Assembly (NCBI GenBank): GCA_963422735.1
Contig: OY730476.1
Span: 2,656,001 to 2,720,000 of the forward strand
DNA length: 64,000 nt
Direction: 5' to 3'
DNA from: Candidatus Latescibacterota bacterium
GTDB lineage: Bacteria; Latescibacterota; UBA2968; UBA8231
Under the pieces are notes generated by a model. The model had not been told where the DNA came from. It ran no database searches and saw only the letters and a list, made by a program, of their open reading frames with translations. A program made the position numbers and the translations under genes. Below are positions 48,908 through 58,194 of the stretch, piece by piece (position 1 is the stretch's first letter; each line of letters begins with the position of its first letter).

Positions 48908-50836
48908 CTACCACCGCGTCACTACTGCGTTCCACCCTGCAATCAGATCTACCGCCATCCACAAACCCGCACTGCTAGCTTGACCCAACACCATGCCAAG
49001 AAAAAAGGGCCGCAGTCGGCGAAAGAGTTTGACGCCGCCGTACTTCAGTACGATCCATTTCGCCAGCCAACCCAGCGCCATACTCGACCAAGCAAAAAAC
49101 ATCACATAGGTCCCCCCCACCGGTAGGCCGATCGGGTGGATGGGCCACCACAAGAAGCGGTGGCGCAGGTACAACAACAAAAACATCAGCCCGGCTCCCA
49201 AGCCGGTAAACGCGCCCCTTGGGCCCCAGAAATTCCACTCGGCCACCGGATTGAGCTGATTTGCCGCCATATCGTTAAATGTCCAGCGGCCCATAATGCT
49301 GTAAAACCAGTAGTGTAGATTGACGCCGCCGTAGGTATAGGCAATGGAAAGTACCGTCCAAGCCGAGGCGACCAAACTCACGGCGATGGCGATGAGCAAG
49401 GCCCAAAAGAGCGGCGGCCGGCGCGTCCTGACAACGTCGGCCAGCCGGGTGCTGTTGGAAGCCGCTGCCATAACGGTCGTGCGGATGTCCCCGGCCCAGC
49501 CATTGGCAAACCCGAGCACCATCAAACCTCGCGGCCCAATGGGTGCCGTGCCCAGCGCATTGATCGCAAAGGCTGTTGGCGTCATCTGCGCCCGGCCATA
49601 CCCCATGCCTCCTTCGGCGACAATCCGCGTCAAACCGACGAATACCACAAAGGCGATAACGAGCAACAAAAGCGCCGCCCCCACGGGCAATCCCGCGCTT
49701 TTCAACCATATAACCGCATAGAGGAAGGCCCCGATCAGGAGCCACACTGCCTTGCGGTAGGAGAGCATCTGCCCGGCGTCCTTCTTTTGCCATGCCCCAA
49801 AGACAACCTCTTTTAGATGTCGGCGGGCGGTCCACAAGCTGGCCGCCACGAGGGCAATCAATGCCCCCATGGCCTGCTGGGCAGTGGCGATTGATCCTTC
49901 GGTGTGCATCAGCCGGATTTCTGCAATGCTGAACCCGAGGGTGTTGAAAAGGCCCAACTGGAAGAAATTGAGCAAGTAGAAAAACCACAGACTAAAGGAG
50001 ACCTCTAAACTCAGGAAGTACGTCAGGCCAAGGACGATAAACCACAAGTTGAACAAGACGCCCCGCATGTCGTGGAAGACGGCCAATTGGGTTGATAACT
50101 GGATGGGGGGCACAAAGGGATAGTACTTGTGCAGGGCATTGATTCCCAATAGGACGAAGGGAACGGCAAACCCCAACCACATCAGCGGTTCCTTCAGAAA
50201 GGGATTGATCGCCGAGGGCCTGTCGTCCTCGTGGATCATGTACAGCGGCAACTGGACGAGAGGAAAGATCAAGCGCTCGTTGCGGGCCCATTGTTCGTGG
50301 AGCAGAGCCGACAGGGCGATCATCATCAAATAGAGTGCGCCCAAAAAAGAAGCCCACGCCAACAGGGGCACCAACCATGCTCCCCAAGGGATGGCTACCT
50401 CTTTGGGCAACCCTTCGTAGAAGTACTTGACCGCCATCGGGTCTTGAGGTGCCAGCCACGGCTGGATATAGGGGTGGAGCAGTTCGGCCCAGTTGTTTTC
50501 CGGCGTGGCATAGTAATAAACCCCGGCCAAAAAGGGGACCAATTGAGCCGTGACTCCGGTGGAGGGAATAGCCGAGGCCGCGACCATCATGGCGTAGATC
50601 ACCACCAATTCACGGGCCGATAAGCTCCATTTGCGCCCGATCCATTTGAGTGGAATGTTGACCAACAGCAGGAGAAAGAGGAGAAAAATCGCGCTCAGGG
50701 CGATGAAATCTCCGGTCCAATCGAGAGTCCCCATCACCAAGAGGCCATAGGGAAAAACCGTGTTGATCACCGCGGCCATCAAAGCGCCGACGAGCAAGGC
50801 CCGATACGGCATCCATCCTTTGTCGCTGGCGGTCAT
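48908..50836 (-). CDS. Polytopic membrane protein, DUF6785/DUF6784-like putative peptide transporter
   Basis: ELVVIYAM, YYATPENNW, QWARNERLIFPL, LRHRFLWWPIHPIG, LKYGG..RPFFLGMVLG. Confidence 0.7.
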   Translation of the reverse strand: MTASDKGWMPYRALLVGALMAAVINTVFPYGLLVMGTLDWTGDFIALSAIFLLFLLLLVNIPLKWIGRKWSLSARELVVIYAMMVAASAIPSTGVTAQLVPFLAGVYYYATPENNWAELLHPYIQPWLAPQDPMAVKYFYEGLPKEVAIPWGAWLVPLLAWASFLGALYLMMIALSALLHEQWARNERLIFPLVQLPLYMIHEDDRPSAINPFLKEPLMWLGFAVPFVLLGINALHKYYPFVPPIQLSTQLAVFHDMRGVLFNLWFIVLGLTYFLSLEVSFSLWFFYLLNFFQLGLFNTLGFSIAEIRLMHTEGSIATAQQAMGALIALVAASLWTARRHLKEVVFGAWQKKDAGQMLSYRKAVWLLIGAFLYAVIWLKSAGLPVGAALLLLVIAFVVFVGLTRIVAEGGMGYGRAQMTPTAFAINALGTAPIGPRGLMVLGFANGWAGDIRTTVMAAASNSTRLADVVRTRRPPLFWALLIAIAVSLVASAWTVLSIAYTYGGVNLHYWFYSIMGRWTFNDMAANQLNPVAEWNFWGPRGAFTGLGAGLMFLLLYLRHRFLWWPIHPIGLPVGGTYVMFFAWSSMALGWLAKWIVLKYGGVKLFRRLRPFFLGMVLGQASSAGLWMAVDLIAGWNAVVTRW

Positions 50837-50842
50837 AGACCC

Positions 50843-53374
50843 CTATCTGTCGTGGGGCGATCGTCGGCTGAATTGCTCGGCTAGTAGTTCGAGAAAATAG
50901 GCCGACGATCTATCCGCGGGATTCGCCTGTAGGGCGCGCTGATAAGCCCTTGCCGCGGCCCGATCTCGGCTCTGCAGCCGCATGATATCCCCCTCTAACG
51001 CGTACTCTCCAGCCCTGAAATAGACCTCTATTTTTTTTCGTACTGCAGTAGAAGGTGCCGTCAGTAGCGACAGAGCCGAGGTGCGGTGCGGTGCCAAATT
51101 CTCCAACACCTCCCACGAGCCGCTGCTGTATCCCTTCGGGCCGACAAAGCTGATGTAGGGATGGTCGTCGGTGTTGAGCGGACCTTCCCCCACATAGCGT
51201 CGCAGGGCAACCTCGCCCATCACTAGACTGTTCAAGAGCGCAAATACATTCCCCATATCAATGTTCTCTAAGCTGCGATGCACTCGCGGCGGTGCCATTT
51301 TCTCTTTGAGCTTCTCCCAAGCAATCGCCTGTGGCTGCATGGCCCCTACCATGATCGAGTAGTTATTCGAGCGCCACAAGGTGGCGTGGGGAAAGACGTG
51401 CTGAAAGGTCCGCACGATGGTCTTGTAGTCGTCTGGAGGCAGGCCGTGAAAGGGTAGCCACTGGGCCATGATCCCGTCAGCAGTCAGGTGTGCTCGGCAC
51501 AACTCGTAAAATTCCTTTGTATAGAGCACCCAGCTATCGGCACTCGTCGGATGGGTGGCGTCCCCGGTGATGATTTGGTAGGTGTCGCGGCTGGAGAGGA
51601 GAAAATTGCGGCCGTCGTCGATGATTAATTCGATATTCCACGCAGTCGGATTCTCAAGCACGTGGTGATTAAATTCGCCAAAGTGCAACCGGGCCGCGTC
51701 TATCACCTCCGGCACCAACTCGACACACGTGATGCGTCGCGGCCCGTACTGGGCCGCGGCCCCCAAGGCGATCCCGCCGCCCAAGGAGACGACCAACACC
51801 TCTTGCGGATCGGGATGCAAGAGCAGGGGTAAATGGCCCAACAGACGGAAAATTTGCAGCGAGCTATAGTCGGTAGGCACCTGCCCGCCTCCATTGAGCG
51901 CCATTTTGCGGAAACCATCGGTTTGTTGTTCGACGGTAATGACGCCTTCAGCTCCCTCTCCGTAAAATACCAGTTCTCGGTTTACGGCCGCCGGCTCGGC
52001 AATGCGCCGCAGCACATCCGAGGGTACCAAGGCTAGCAGCAGTGCCAAACCCGCCGCCCCGCTCCAGACTAGTCGCTTGCGTTTCTGGCTAATCAAGGCG
52101 ATGGTTAGGCCAACCAAGCCATTCAACGCCGCCAGCACCTTGACGCTCCACTCGGTCCCCAGCAGCGGAATTAGCACAAACCCCGTCACAAAAGCCCCCC
52201 CAACCGCACCCAAGCTGTTGGCTGCGCCTATATCCCCTATGCCGCGCCCCAGACGCGCCAGTTGTCGCGTGTAGATTTGACTGATCAGCGGAAAGATAAC
52301 TCCCATCGCCAAAGTCGGCAGCAACATGATGGCGACGGCCGTAAAAAACACGCCTGCCCTCGACACCCACCACGAATCCGCCCGCTGGATCGGCTCCACA
52401 AGAGCGGATAAGTGGGCAAAGGCCAACACGGACAGGGCTCCGCACGCGCCGATCAAAAACTGGACCCAGACAAAGATCGAGAGCAAATCTGCCCGCCGCG
52501 TGAGTAGCCGACTGCCCAGCCATCCCCCTAAGGCCAGTCCACTCAAAAAGGCCACCAAGACAATGCTGAACTCGTAGTGTGAATTGAAGGAAAAACTCAC
52601 CATCAAGAGCCGCATCCACGCCACTTCGTAGCCTAGGGCGACAAAACCGGAGAGTGCAAAGCCAGCCAGCACGCCCCACAGGATGCGGTCGGAGTGCGAG
52701 GTCTTTTTTATTGCTTCTTCGCCGATGGTGACGGCTCGTTGGCCCCCCCAAAGCCAAGCCGCGCCCGCCACCAAGAAATTCACTGCGGCGATGGCTTGCG
52801 TCGTCCCCTGCAAACCCAGCCCTTCCATCAGTCCGAAGGTCGCTGCCAACACCCCGACGACCGCACCCAGCGTGTTGACCGCATAGAGTTGTCCGACCCG
52901 ACCGCCTAATCTGCCCAACCGCCGCACCGCAAATTTGGCTATGACCGGTAGGGTCCCCCCCATCAGAGCCGTGGGGATAAGGAGCAAGACAAAGCAAAGG
53001 CCGAAGCGGGTTAGGGAAAAGAAGTAAAAATTCCCCTGTAACCCCACTAAAGCCCCGTAGGCATTGCCCAAATTCGCACTAATACTGGGAAAGAAAAGGG
53101 CAAAAAGACCGACGCCGGCTTCTAGCGCGGCAAAAATCCGCAGCGGGTGCTTGCAGCGGTCGATGTGCCGCCCCAAAACATAGCTGCCCAAGGCTAGGCC
53201 AGCCATGAAGGCACTGAGCACGGTGCTAGTAGCCAGTAGGGTGGTGCCGAAGACCACGGTCAGCATCCGCGCCCACACGACCTGATAGACTAAACTGCTG
53301 ACCCCCGAAAAAAAGAACAGGACCAAGAGCACCTTCTGCTCAGACTGATCCAAGTCCCGACCGCGTTCTTCCAC
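50843..53374 (-). CDS. Fused MFS-like membrane domain/spermidine-synthase-like SAM domain protein with terminal TPR
   Basis: SGVSSLVYQVVW, PTALMGGTLP, YAVNTLG; SLGGGIA, VELVPEV, DDGRNFL, LYTKEFY, QWLP. Confidence 0.9.
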   Translation of the reverse strand: MEERGRDLDQSEQKVLLVLFFFSGVSSLVYQVVWARMLTVVFGTTLLATSTVLSAFMAGLALGSYVLGRHIDRCKHPLRIFAALEAGVGLFALFFPSISANLGNAYGALVGLQGNFYFFSLTRFGLCFVLLLIPTALMGGTLPVIAKFAVRRLGRLGGRVGQLYAVNTLGAVVGVLAATFGLMEGLGLQGTTQAIAAVNFLVAGAAWLWGGQRAVTIGEEAIKKTSHSDRILWGVLAGFALSGFVALGYEVAWMRLLMVSFSFNSHYEFSIVLVAFLSGLALGGWLGSRLLTRRADLLSIFVWVQFLIGACGALSVLAFAHLSALVEPIQRADSWWVSRAGVFFTAVAIMLLPTLAMGVIFPLISQIYTRQLARLGRGIGDIGAANSLGAVGGAFVTGFVLIPLLGTEWSVKVLAALNGLVGLTIALISQKRKRLVWSGAAGLALLLALVPSDVLRRIAEPAAVNRELVFYGEGAEGVITVEQQTDGFRKMALNGGGQVPTDYSSLQIFRLLGHLPLLLHPDPQEVLVVSLGGGIALGAAAQYGPRRITCVELVPEVIDAARLHFGEFNHHVLENPTAWNIELIIDDGRNFLLSSRDTYQIITGDATHPTSADSWVLYTKEFYELCRAHLTADGIMAQWLPFHGLPPDDYKTIVRTFQHVFPHATLWRSNNYSIMVGAMQPQAIAWEKLKEKMAPPRVHRSLENIDMGNVFALLNSLVMGEVALRRYVGEGPLNTDDHPYISFVGPKGYSSGSWEVLENLAPHRTSALSLLTAPSTAVRKKIEVYFRAGEYALEGDIMRLQSRDRAAARAYQRALQANPADRSSAYFLELLAEQFSRRSPHDR

Positions 53375-53388
53375 ACTGAATGCTTTTT

Positions 53389-53487
53389 TTAGTGGTTAGT
53401 GATCAGTGGTTAGTGGTTAGTGGCCAGTGGTCAGTCCCCCTCCACCACTCCGAAGGGATGAGTTGGGACTGGATACTGACCACTAAT
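53389..53487. repeat. Second heptamer tandem/inverted repeat element
   Basis: About six TAGTGGT/CAGTGGT units followed by complementary ACTGGAT-ACTGACC-ACTAA. Confidence 0.8.
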
Positions 53488-55455
53488 CTAAGGTTCCTCT
53501 ACGGTGAGTCGCTGATTAGTTTGGATGGGGCCGTCCAATATCTGCACCTGACCCGAAGGCCAGCGCACCGTTAGGCGATCCACCACCGCCGCCTCCCCCA
53601 AGCCAAAGTAGAGTCCACAAGCACTCTGCGACAGATACCCCGACTGACCATCCTGCACTTGGGTATATACCTGATTGCCGGCTTCCAACGCGACTACTGC
53701 GCCCAACCCATCCCGATTCGACGATTTCCCCATCAGTACCACTTCCACATAGCGCAACCCCGCCCGCCGTTGACTCAGGTCGCTGAGTAAGACCTGCGGC
53801 ACCCCATTGAACTCATTGGTCACAATGTCGATATCGCCATCGCCCTCCACGTCGAACAGCACCGACGAGCGCGTCCCCAAAGCGCCGTATACCAGCAAGC
53901 CCCCCTCTTGGCCCTCGCAGTTTTTGTGCTCCCTATCCGTCTCGTCGCAGTCGAGGGCGAACCACGGCTGCGCGGTCCGACCGTCGCGTCGCGGCTCCAC
54001 CCCCAACACAAACTCGCTGTCGAGGAAGCCGCGTCCTTGGTCGTTGAGCAAGACGGTGTTGATCCCGTAGCGAAAGGGATAATTCATGCTCGAAGCCACG
54101 AACATATCTTGCCAGCCATCGGCGTTGAGATCGCCGCTGCTCAACCCCCACGGCCAGTAGTTTTCAGCACCGATTAGGTCGGAGGTTTCTTCGAACTGCC
54201 CCTCGTCTATGTGGTGGTAAAAGGCATTGCCGAAGATGCTCAGCCCCTCGCTCTGTAAAAAATCTTCTGGATACTGCATATACGCCTTGAGTTTTTCGTC
54301 CCAAGGACCCACTGGCTGACTCATATCGGAGTGCATATCGGAGATGAAGAGATCCATCCGGCCATCGTTGTCGTAGTCGAGCGCCTTGATCCCCATCGCA
54401 CCCCACGGTGTTTTGGGGAACACCTCGCGGCTCTTTTTGACAAAACGCCGCCCTGCCACATTCTCGTAGTAGGAGTCGTGCCCCTGCATATTGAGCACAT
54501 AGAGGTCCTGCCAGCCATCCCCGTTGAAATCCACCGGACTGGCGTCCCCCGACCAGCTCGAATCCGACAACCCCACTTCGTGCGAGACCTCGGCGAAAAC
54601 CCGCTGACCCAGATTCTTAAACATCGCGCTCTGCTCGGCGCGCTCGGGCTTCAAATGCCCGGAGAAGGCGTCCTTGAAACCCCGGTAGTATTGATATGCC
54701 GCTCCCACTTCCAGCCGCGTCGGATCGACCGCCGCCGTCCTCTTTTCATCTTGGGTATAGACCCCCACATTGGTCAAAAACAGATCCAGCAATCCATCGT
54801 TGTCGTAATCGAAGAACTCACCAGAAGACGAGTGCGCCTGCCAGCCCGTGCCCGAAGGCTCGGTTACATCCTCAAAGCGGCCGGCTCCGTCGTTGACCAA
54901 TAGCCGGTTGCCCAACCGCACCGCCGTGGCATACAGATCGACATCGCCGTCGTTGTCAATGTCGCCAAACGACGCGCTCACCCCGATCCTATCGGCCAAC
55001 TCCAGACTCGGCGTAGTGTAATTCTCAAAGCGCGCTCCGCCGAGATTGCGCCATAGCTGATTGCTTCCTACTTGGGTCGTAAAGTAGAGGTCGTAGAGTC
55101 CATCGCCATCTACGTCCCCCACCGCTAGTCCATTGCCATGGTCGTAGTGGACCGGGATATGATGCTTGCCTGAATCCTCCACCACCCGATTGCGAAACGC
55201 AATGCCACTAGCTTCGAGTTGGTCAGTAAAGGAGAAATCACAAAAGACTTCATAGGCTTGGGCCGCCTCCAATTGGGCTTGTTGGCGGCGCACCAACCAC
55301 GGCGGTTCGACGATTTCGGCCGGCTCGGGAAAGGGCTTGAGAATTTTCCCAAGCCGCAGATCGCCGGATTCAGCGTGGGCAGTTTTTAAGGGAGTGAACG
55401 CAAGAATACACAGCGCAAAGAGAAAAGCCGCATGACAGTTCGGCATGGTCTGCAC
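53488..55455 (-). CDS. CRTAC1 family protein (FG-GAP repeats plus ASPIC/UnbV domain)
   Basis: GDVDGDGLYDL, DIDNDGDVDL, SNRDGLGA..GYLSQS..YFGLG..WPSG. Confidence 0.92.
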   Translation of the reverse strand: MQTMPNCHAAFLFALCILAFTPLKTAHAESGDLRLGKILKPFPEPAEIVEPPWLVRRQQAQLEAAQAYEVFCDFSFTDQLEASGIAFRNRVVEDSGKHHIPVHYDHGNGLAVGDVDGDGLYDLYFTTQVGSNQLWRNLGGARFENYTTPSLELADRIGVSASFGDIDNDGDVDLYATAVRLGNRLLVNDGAGRFEDVTEPSGTGWQAHSSSGEFFDYDNDGLLDLFLTNVGVYTQDEKRTAAVDPTRLEVGAAYQYYRGFKDAFSGHLKPERAEQSAMFKNLGQRVFAEVSHEVGLSDSSWSGDASPVDFNGDGWQDLYVLNMQGHDSYYENVAGRRFVKKSREVFPKTPWGAMGIKALDYDNDGRMDLFISDMHSDMSQPVGPWDEKLKAYMQYPEDFLQSEGLSIFGNAFYHHIDEGQFEETSDLIGAENYWPWGLSSGDLNADGWQDMFVASSMNYPFRYGINTVLLNDQGRGFLDSEFVLGVEPRRDGRTAQPWFALDCDETDREHKNCEGQEGGLLVYGALGTRSSVLFDVEGDGDIDIVTNEFNGVPQVLLSDLSQRRAGLRYVEVVLMGKSSNRDGLGAVVALEAGNQVYTQVQDGQSGYLSQSACGLYFGLGEAAVVDRLTVRWPSGQVQILDGPIQTNQRLTVEEP

Positions 55456-55617
55456 TTTTCGACGTATTGGCGTTTATGAGAGTGATTTTGTGTTAAGATG
55501 GGCGTTAAACAAGTAGCATGTACCCCTTATGTCAAGAGAATGCGTCTTGCCGCCCCGCCCTTGTGTTGGATATTATGGACTCTCTCAAAAAGCCAAAATT
55601 CTGAGCTTTCGCAAACC

Positions 55618-58185
55618 ATGGTCTTCTACTCATCTGTCCATCGTCTTCTCTTGCTATTCCTGATAGTTCCCCTGCCCTCGACAGCCCAATACGAAGTGAC
55701 CATAGAAGGCAAAGCCTACCAACTCATCCTCGCTCGCGATCTCGTCGCAGCAATCCAGCAAGCCGCTGCCGACACCGCACTCGAATACAACCGCATTGTG
55801 GTGCAGGGACCACTTGAATTGACCGGCGACACCTTGCGCGCGGCACTCGCTTTTGAGGATGTGCGCTTTGCTAGTCCCGTAGTCTTAGAACGCGCCGTTT
55901 TTCTACAACCGATGCGCTTTGTTCGCACCCACTTCCAACAGGGGATCTCCCTGCTCGAAACTCGCTTCGAAAGTGGATTTTCCTGCCGCGACTGCCGCAT
56001 AGTGGGCAAGGCCAACTGCAAACGGACTTTGCTTGCCGACAAAGTAGATTTTTCGGCCACCCAGTTTTTCGGCACGGCCTTTTTTCAGCAGACCAACTTT
56101 AGCGGAGAAACCACCTTTGAGCGCACTCAATTTGAGGACGCGACCTATTTCGACCAGACTGCATTTGCCCGCTCCACCCATTTTCAGGATGCTTCCTTTG
56201 CAGCGCTGGCCTCCTTCAAAGAAGCGGTGTGGCAATCGACCGTCTCATTTGCTGGCGTTCGCTTTGGCGAGGATGCCCTGTTCGAGCAAAGCCGCTTTGC
56301 GGGAGCCACCACGTTCACGGCAGCCTACTTCCGCGGCGCAGCCCATTTCGAGCGAGCCAATTTCTCCGCTACGGCTTCCTTCCGCCGAATCGTCTTTGTC
56401 GGCCCGGCCCGCTTTGTCGATTCCCACTTTCACGACTCGGCTTTCTTTATTGACAGCCGCTTCAAACAGGAGGCCATCTTTGCTGGCGCGACCTTTGCCC
56501 GGCCTTTCCGTCCTAATGCCCATTTTAGTGTCGCCCCCAACTTAGCAGATATGACCGCTCCTCTCATAGACCTAAAACCCAAGGCCGCAGCCCGCCCGGT
56601 TTCCCCTCCAGACACCTCCGACCCTAGCTGCGACCCCATTCAATTGGTCGATATAACCCAAGCGGCCGGCCTTGATTTTGAGCACTACAACGGCTTTTCG
56701 GGCGAATACTACTACGTCGAAACTTTTGGTGCCGGGGCGGCCTTCCTCGACGTGGACGGCGATGGCTGGCTCGATCTCTATCTGGTCAACGGCGCCCCCT
56801 TAAGCGACGAACGCCCCGAGCCAATCCCCGCCAATCGCCTGTACCACAACACCGGTGCTGGCGGTTTCACCGATGTGACGGCTGCCTCAGAGGCCGGGCA
56901 CACTGGCTACGGCATGGGCGGGGCCGCCGCCGACTACGACGCCGATGGGGATGTGGATCTCTACGTGACCAACGTTGGCCCCAACCTCCTGTTGCGCAAT
57001 GAGGGCGATGGGCACTTTGCCGACGCGACCGCAGCCGTGGGCGGGGCCGATGCCCGGTGGGGCACTAGTTGCGGCTTTCTAGACTACGACCTCGACGGCG
57101 ATTTGGATCTCTACGCGACCAATTACGTGGACTTTGACCCACAAAAAAACATCGTCTGCGCCGAGGACGGTATTCGCTCCTATTGCGAGCCAAAATTCTA
57201 CGAGCCGGTAGGCGATGTACTCTACCGCAACGAAGACGGCCAATTCCTCGATGTGGCGTTGGAGGCGGGAATCATCCACAAGGGACGCGGCTTGGGCGTG
57301 GCCTTCTCGGACTACGACCTCGACGGCGACACCGACATTTACGTGGCCAACGACGGCACGATGAACTTCCTCTACCAAAACCAAGGGAACCGCTTTGCCG
57401 AGGTCGGCCTCTACGCCGGAGGGCGCTACAACGAGGATGGCTTGGCCGAAGCCGGCATGGGGGTGGAGTTCGGGGATTGGGACAACGACGGGTTCCAAGA
57501 TATTTTTGTGACCAACTTCGCCCAAGAGACCAATACCTTGTACGGCAACGATGGGCAGGGGCAATTCTACGACATCACTCTTCGCGCTGGCCTAGCCGAA
57601 TGCAGTTACAAACCGCTGGGTTTTGGAACCAATTTCCTCGACTACGACAACGACGGCGACCTAGACCTCTTTGTCGCCAACGGCCACGTCATGGACAAAA
57701 TCACCCAAGTACATCCCGACCATGCCTATCCGCAGCCCAATCAGGTGCTCTGCAACCAGCGGGGGACCCGCTTTGTCGATGTCTCTGCTAGGCTCGGCCC
57801 CGCGCTCGCAGTAGCGGCGGTAAGCCGCGGTTCGGCCACGGCCGACTACGACAACGATGGCGATCTAGACCTGCTAGTGACCAATGTTGCCGCCACCCCC
57901 AACCTCCTGCGCAACGACGGGGGCAACCGGCAGCACTGGCTGGCGGTTCAGTTAGGGGACACCTCGCAGCACGTCCGCGTCGCCGTGACGGCCGATGGGC
58001 AGCGCCAAGTCAAGGAGCACCTATCGGGCGGTAGTTATCTTTCGAGTAGCGACCCCCGTCTCCACTTTGGCCTAGGAAGGGCCACCCAGGCCACAGTAGA
58101 AATCCGCTGGCCCGACGGCAGGCTGCAAAAAATGGAAGAGGTGGCGGCCGATCAGATCCTGCACATAGTTCAACCTAAACCCTAG
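55618..58185 (+). CDS. Pentapeptide-repeat domain fused to a complete CRTAC1/UnbV module
   Basis: AxFxxAxF repeats to about 56540, Pro-rich linker, then FG-GAP repeats and GSYLSSSDPRLHFGLG..WPDG. Confidence 0.85.
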   Translation: MVFYSSVHRLLLLFLIVPLPSTAQYEVTIEGKAYQLILARDLVAAIQQAAADTALEYNRIVVQGPLELTGDTLRAALAFEDVRFASPVVLERAVFLQPMRFVRTHFQQGISLLETRFESGFSCRDCRIVGKANCKRTLLADKVDFSATQFFGTAFFQQTNFSGETTFERTQFEDATYFDQTAFARSTHFQDASFAALASFKEAVWQSTVSFAGVRFGEDALFEQSRFAGATTFTAAYFRGAAHFERANFSATASFRRIVFVGPARFVDSHFHDSAFFIDSRFKQEAIFAGATFARPFRPNAHFSVAPNLADMTAPLIDLKPKAAARPVSPPDTSDPSCDPIQLVDITQAAGLDFEHYNGFSGEYYYVETFGAGAAFLDVDGDGWLDLYLVNGAPLSDERPEPIPANRLYHNTGAGGFTDVTAASEAGHTGYGMGGAAADYDADGDVDLYVTNVGPNLLLRNEGDGHFADATAAVGGADARWGTSCGFLDYDLDGDLDLYATNYVDFDPQKNIVCAEDGIRSYCEPKFYEPVGDVLYRNEDGQFLDVALEAGIIHKGRGLGVAFSDYDLDGDTDIYVANDGTMNFLYQNQGNRFAEVGLYAGGRYNEDGLAEAGMGVEFGDWDNDGFQDIFVTNFAQETNTLYGNDGQGQFYDITLRAGLAECSYKPLGFGTNFLDYDNDGDLDLFVANGHVMDKITQVHPDHAYPQPNQVLCNQRGTRFVDVSARLGPALAVAAVSRGSATADYDNDGDLDLLVTNVAATPNLLRNDGGNRQHWLAVQLGDTSQHVRVAVTADGQRQVKEHLSGGSYLSSSDPRLHFGLGRATQATVEIRWPDGRLQKMEEVAADQILHIVQPKP

Positions 58186-58194
58186 GAGTTGCAG

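Noticed and set aside
50843-53374. Calling this gene speE (spermidine synthase)
   Set aside because: It is the membrane-fused family with non-canonical motifs; aminopropyltransferase activity is not supported.
47266-58185. Enediyne biosynthetic cluster suggested by UnbV domains
   Set aside because: No enediyne PKS, thioesterase or other core genes; CRTAC1/UnbV proteins are widespread outside such clusters.
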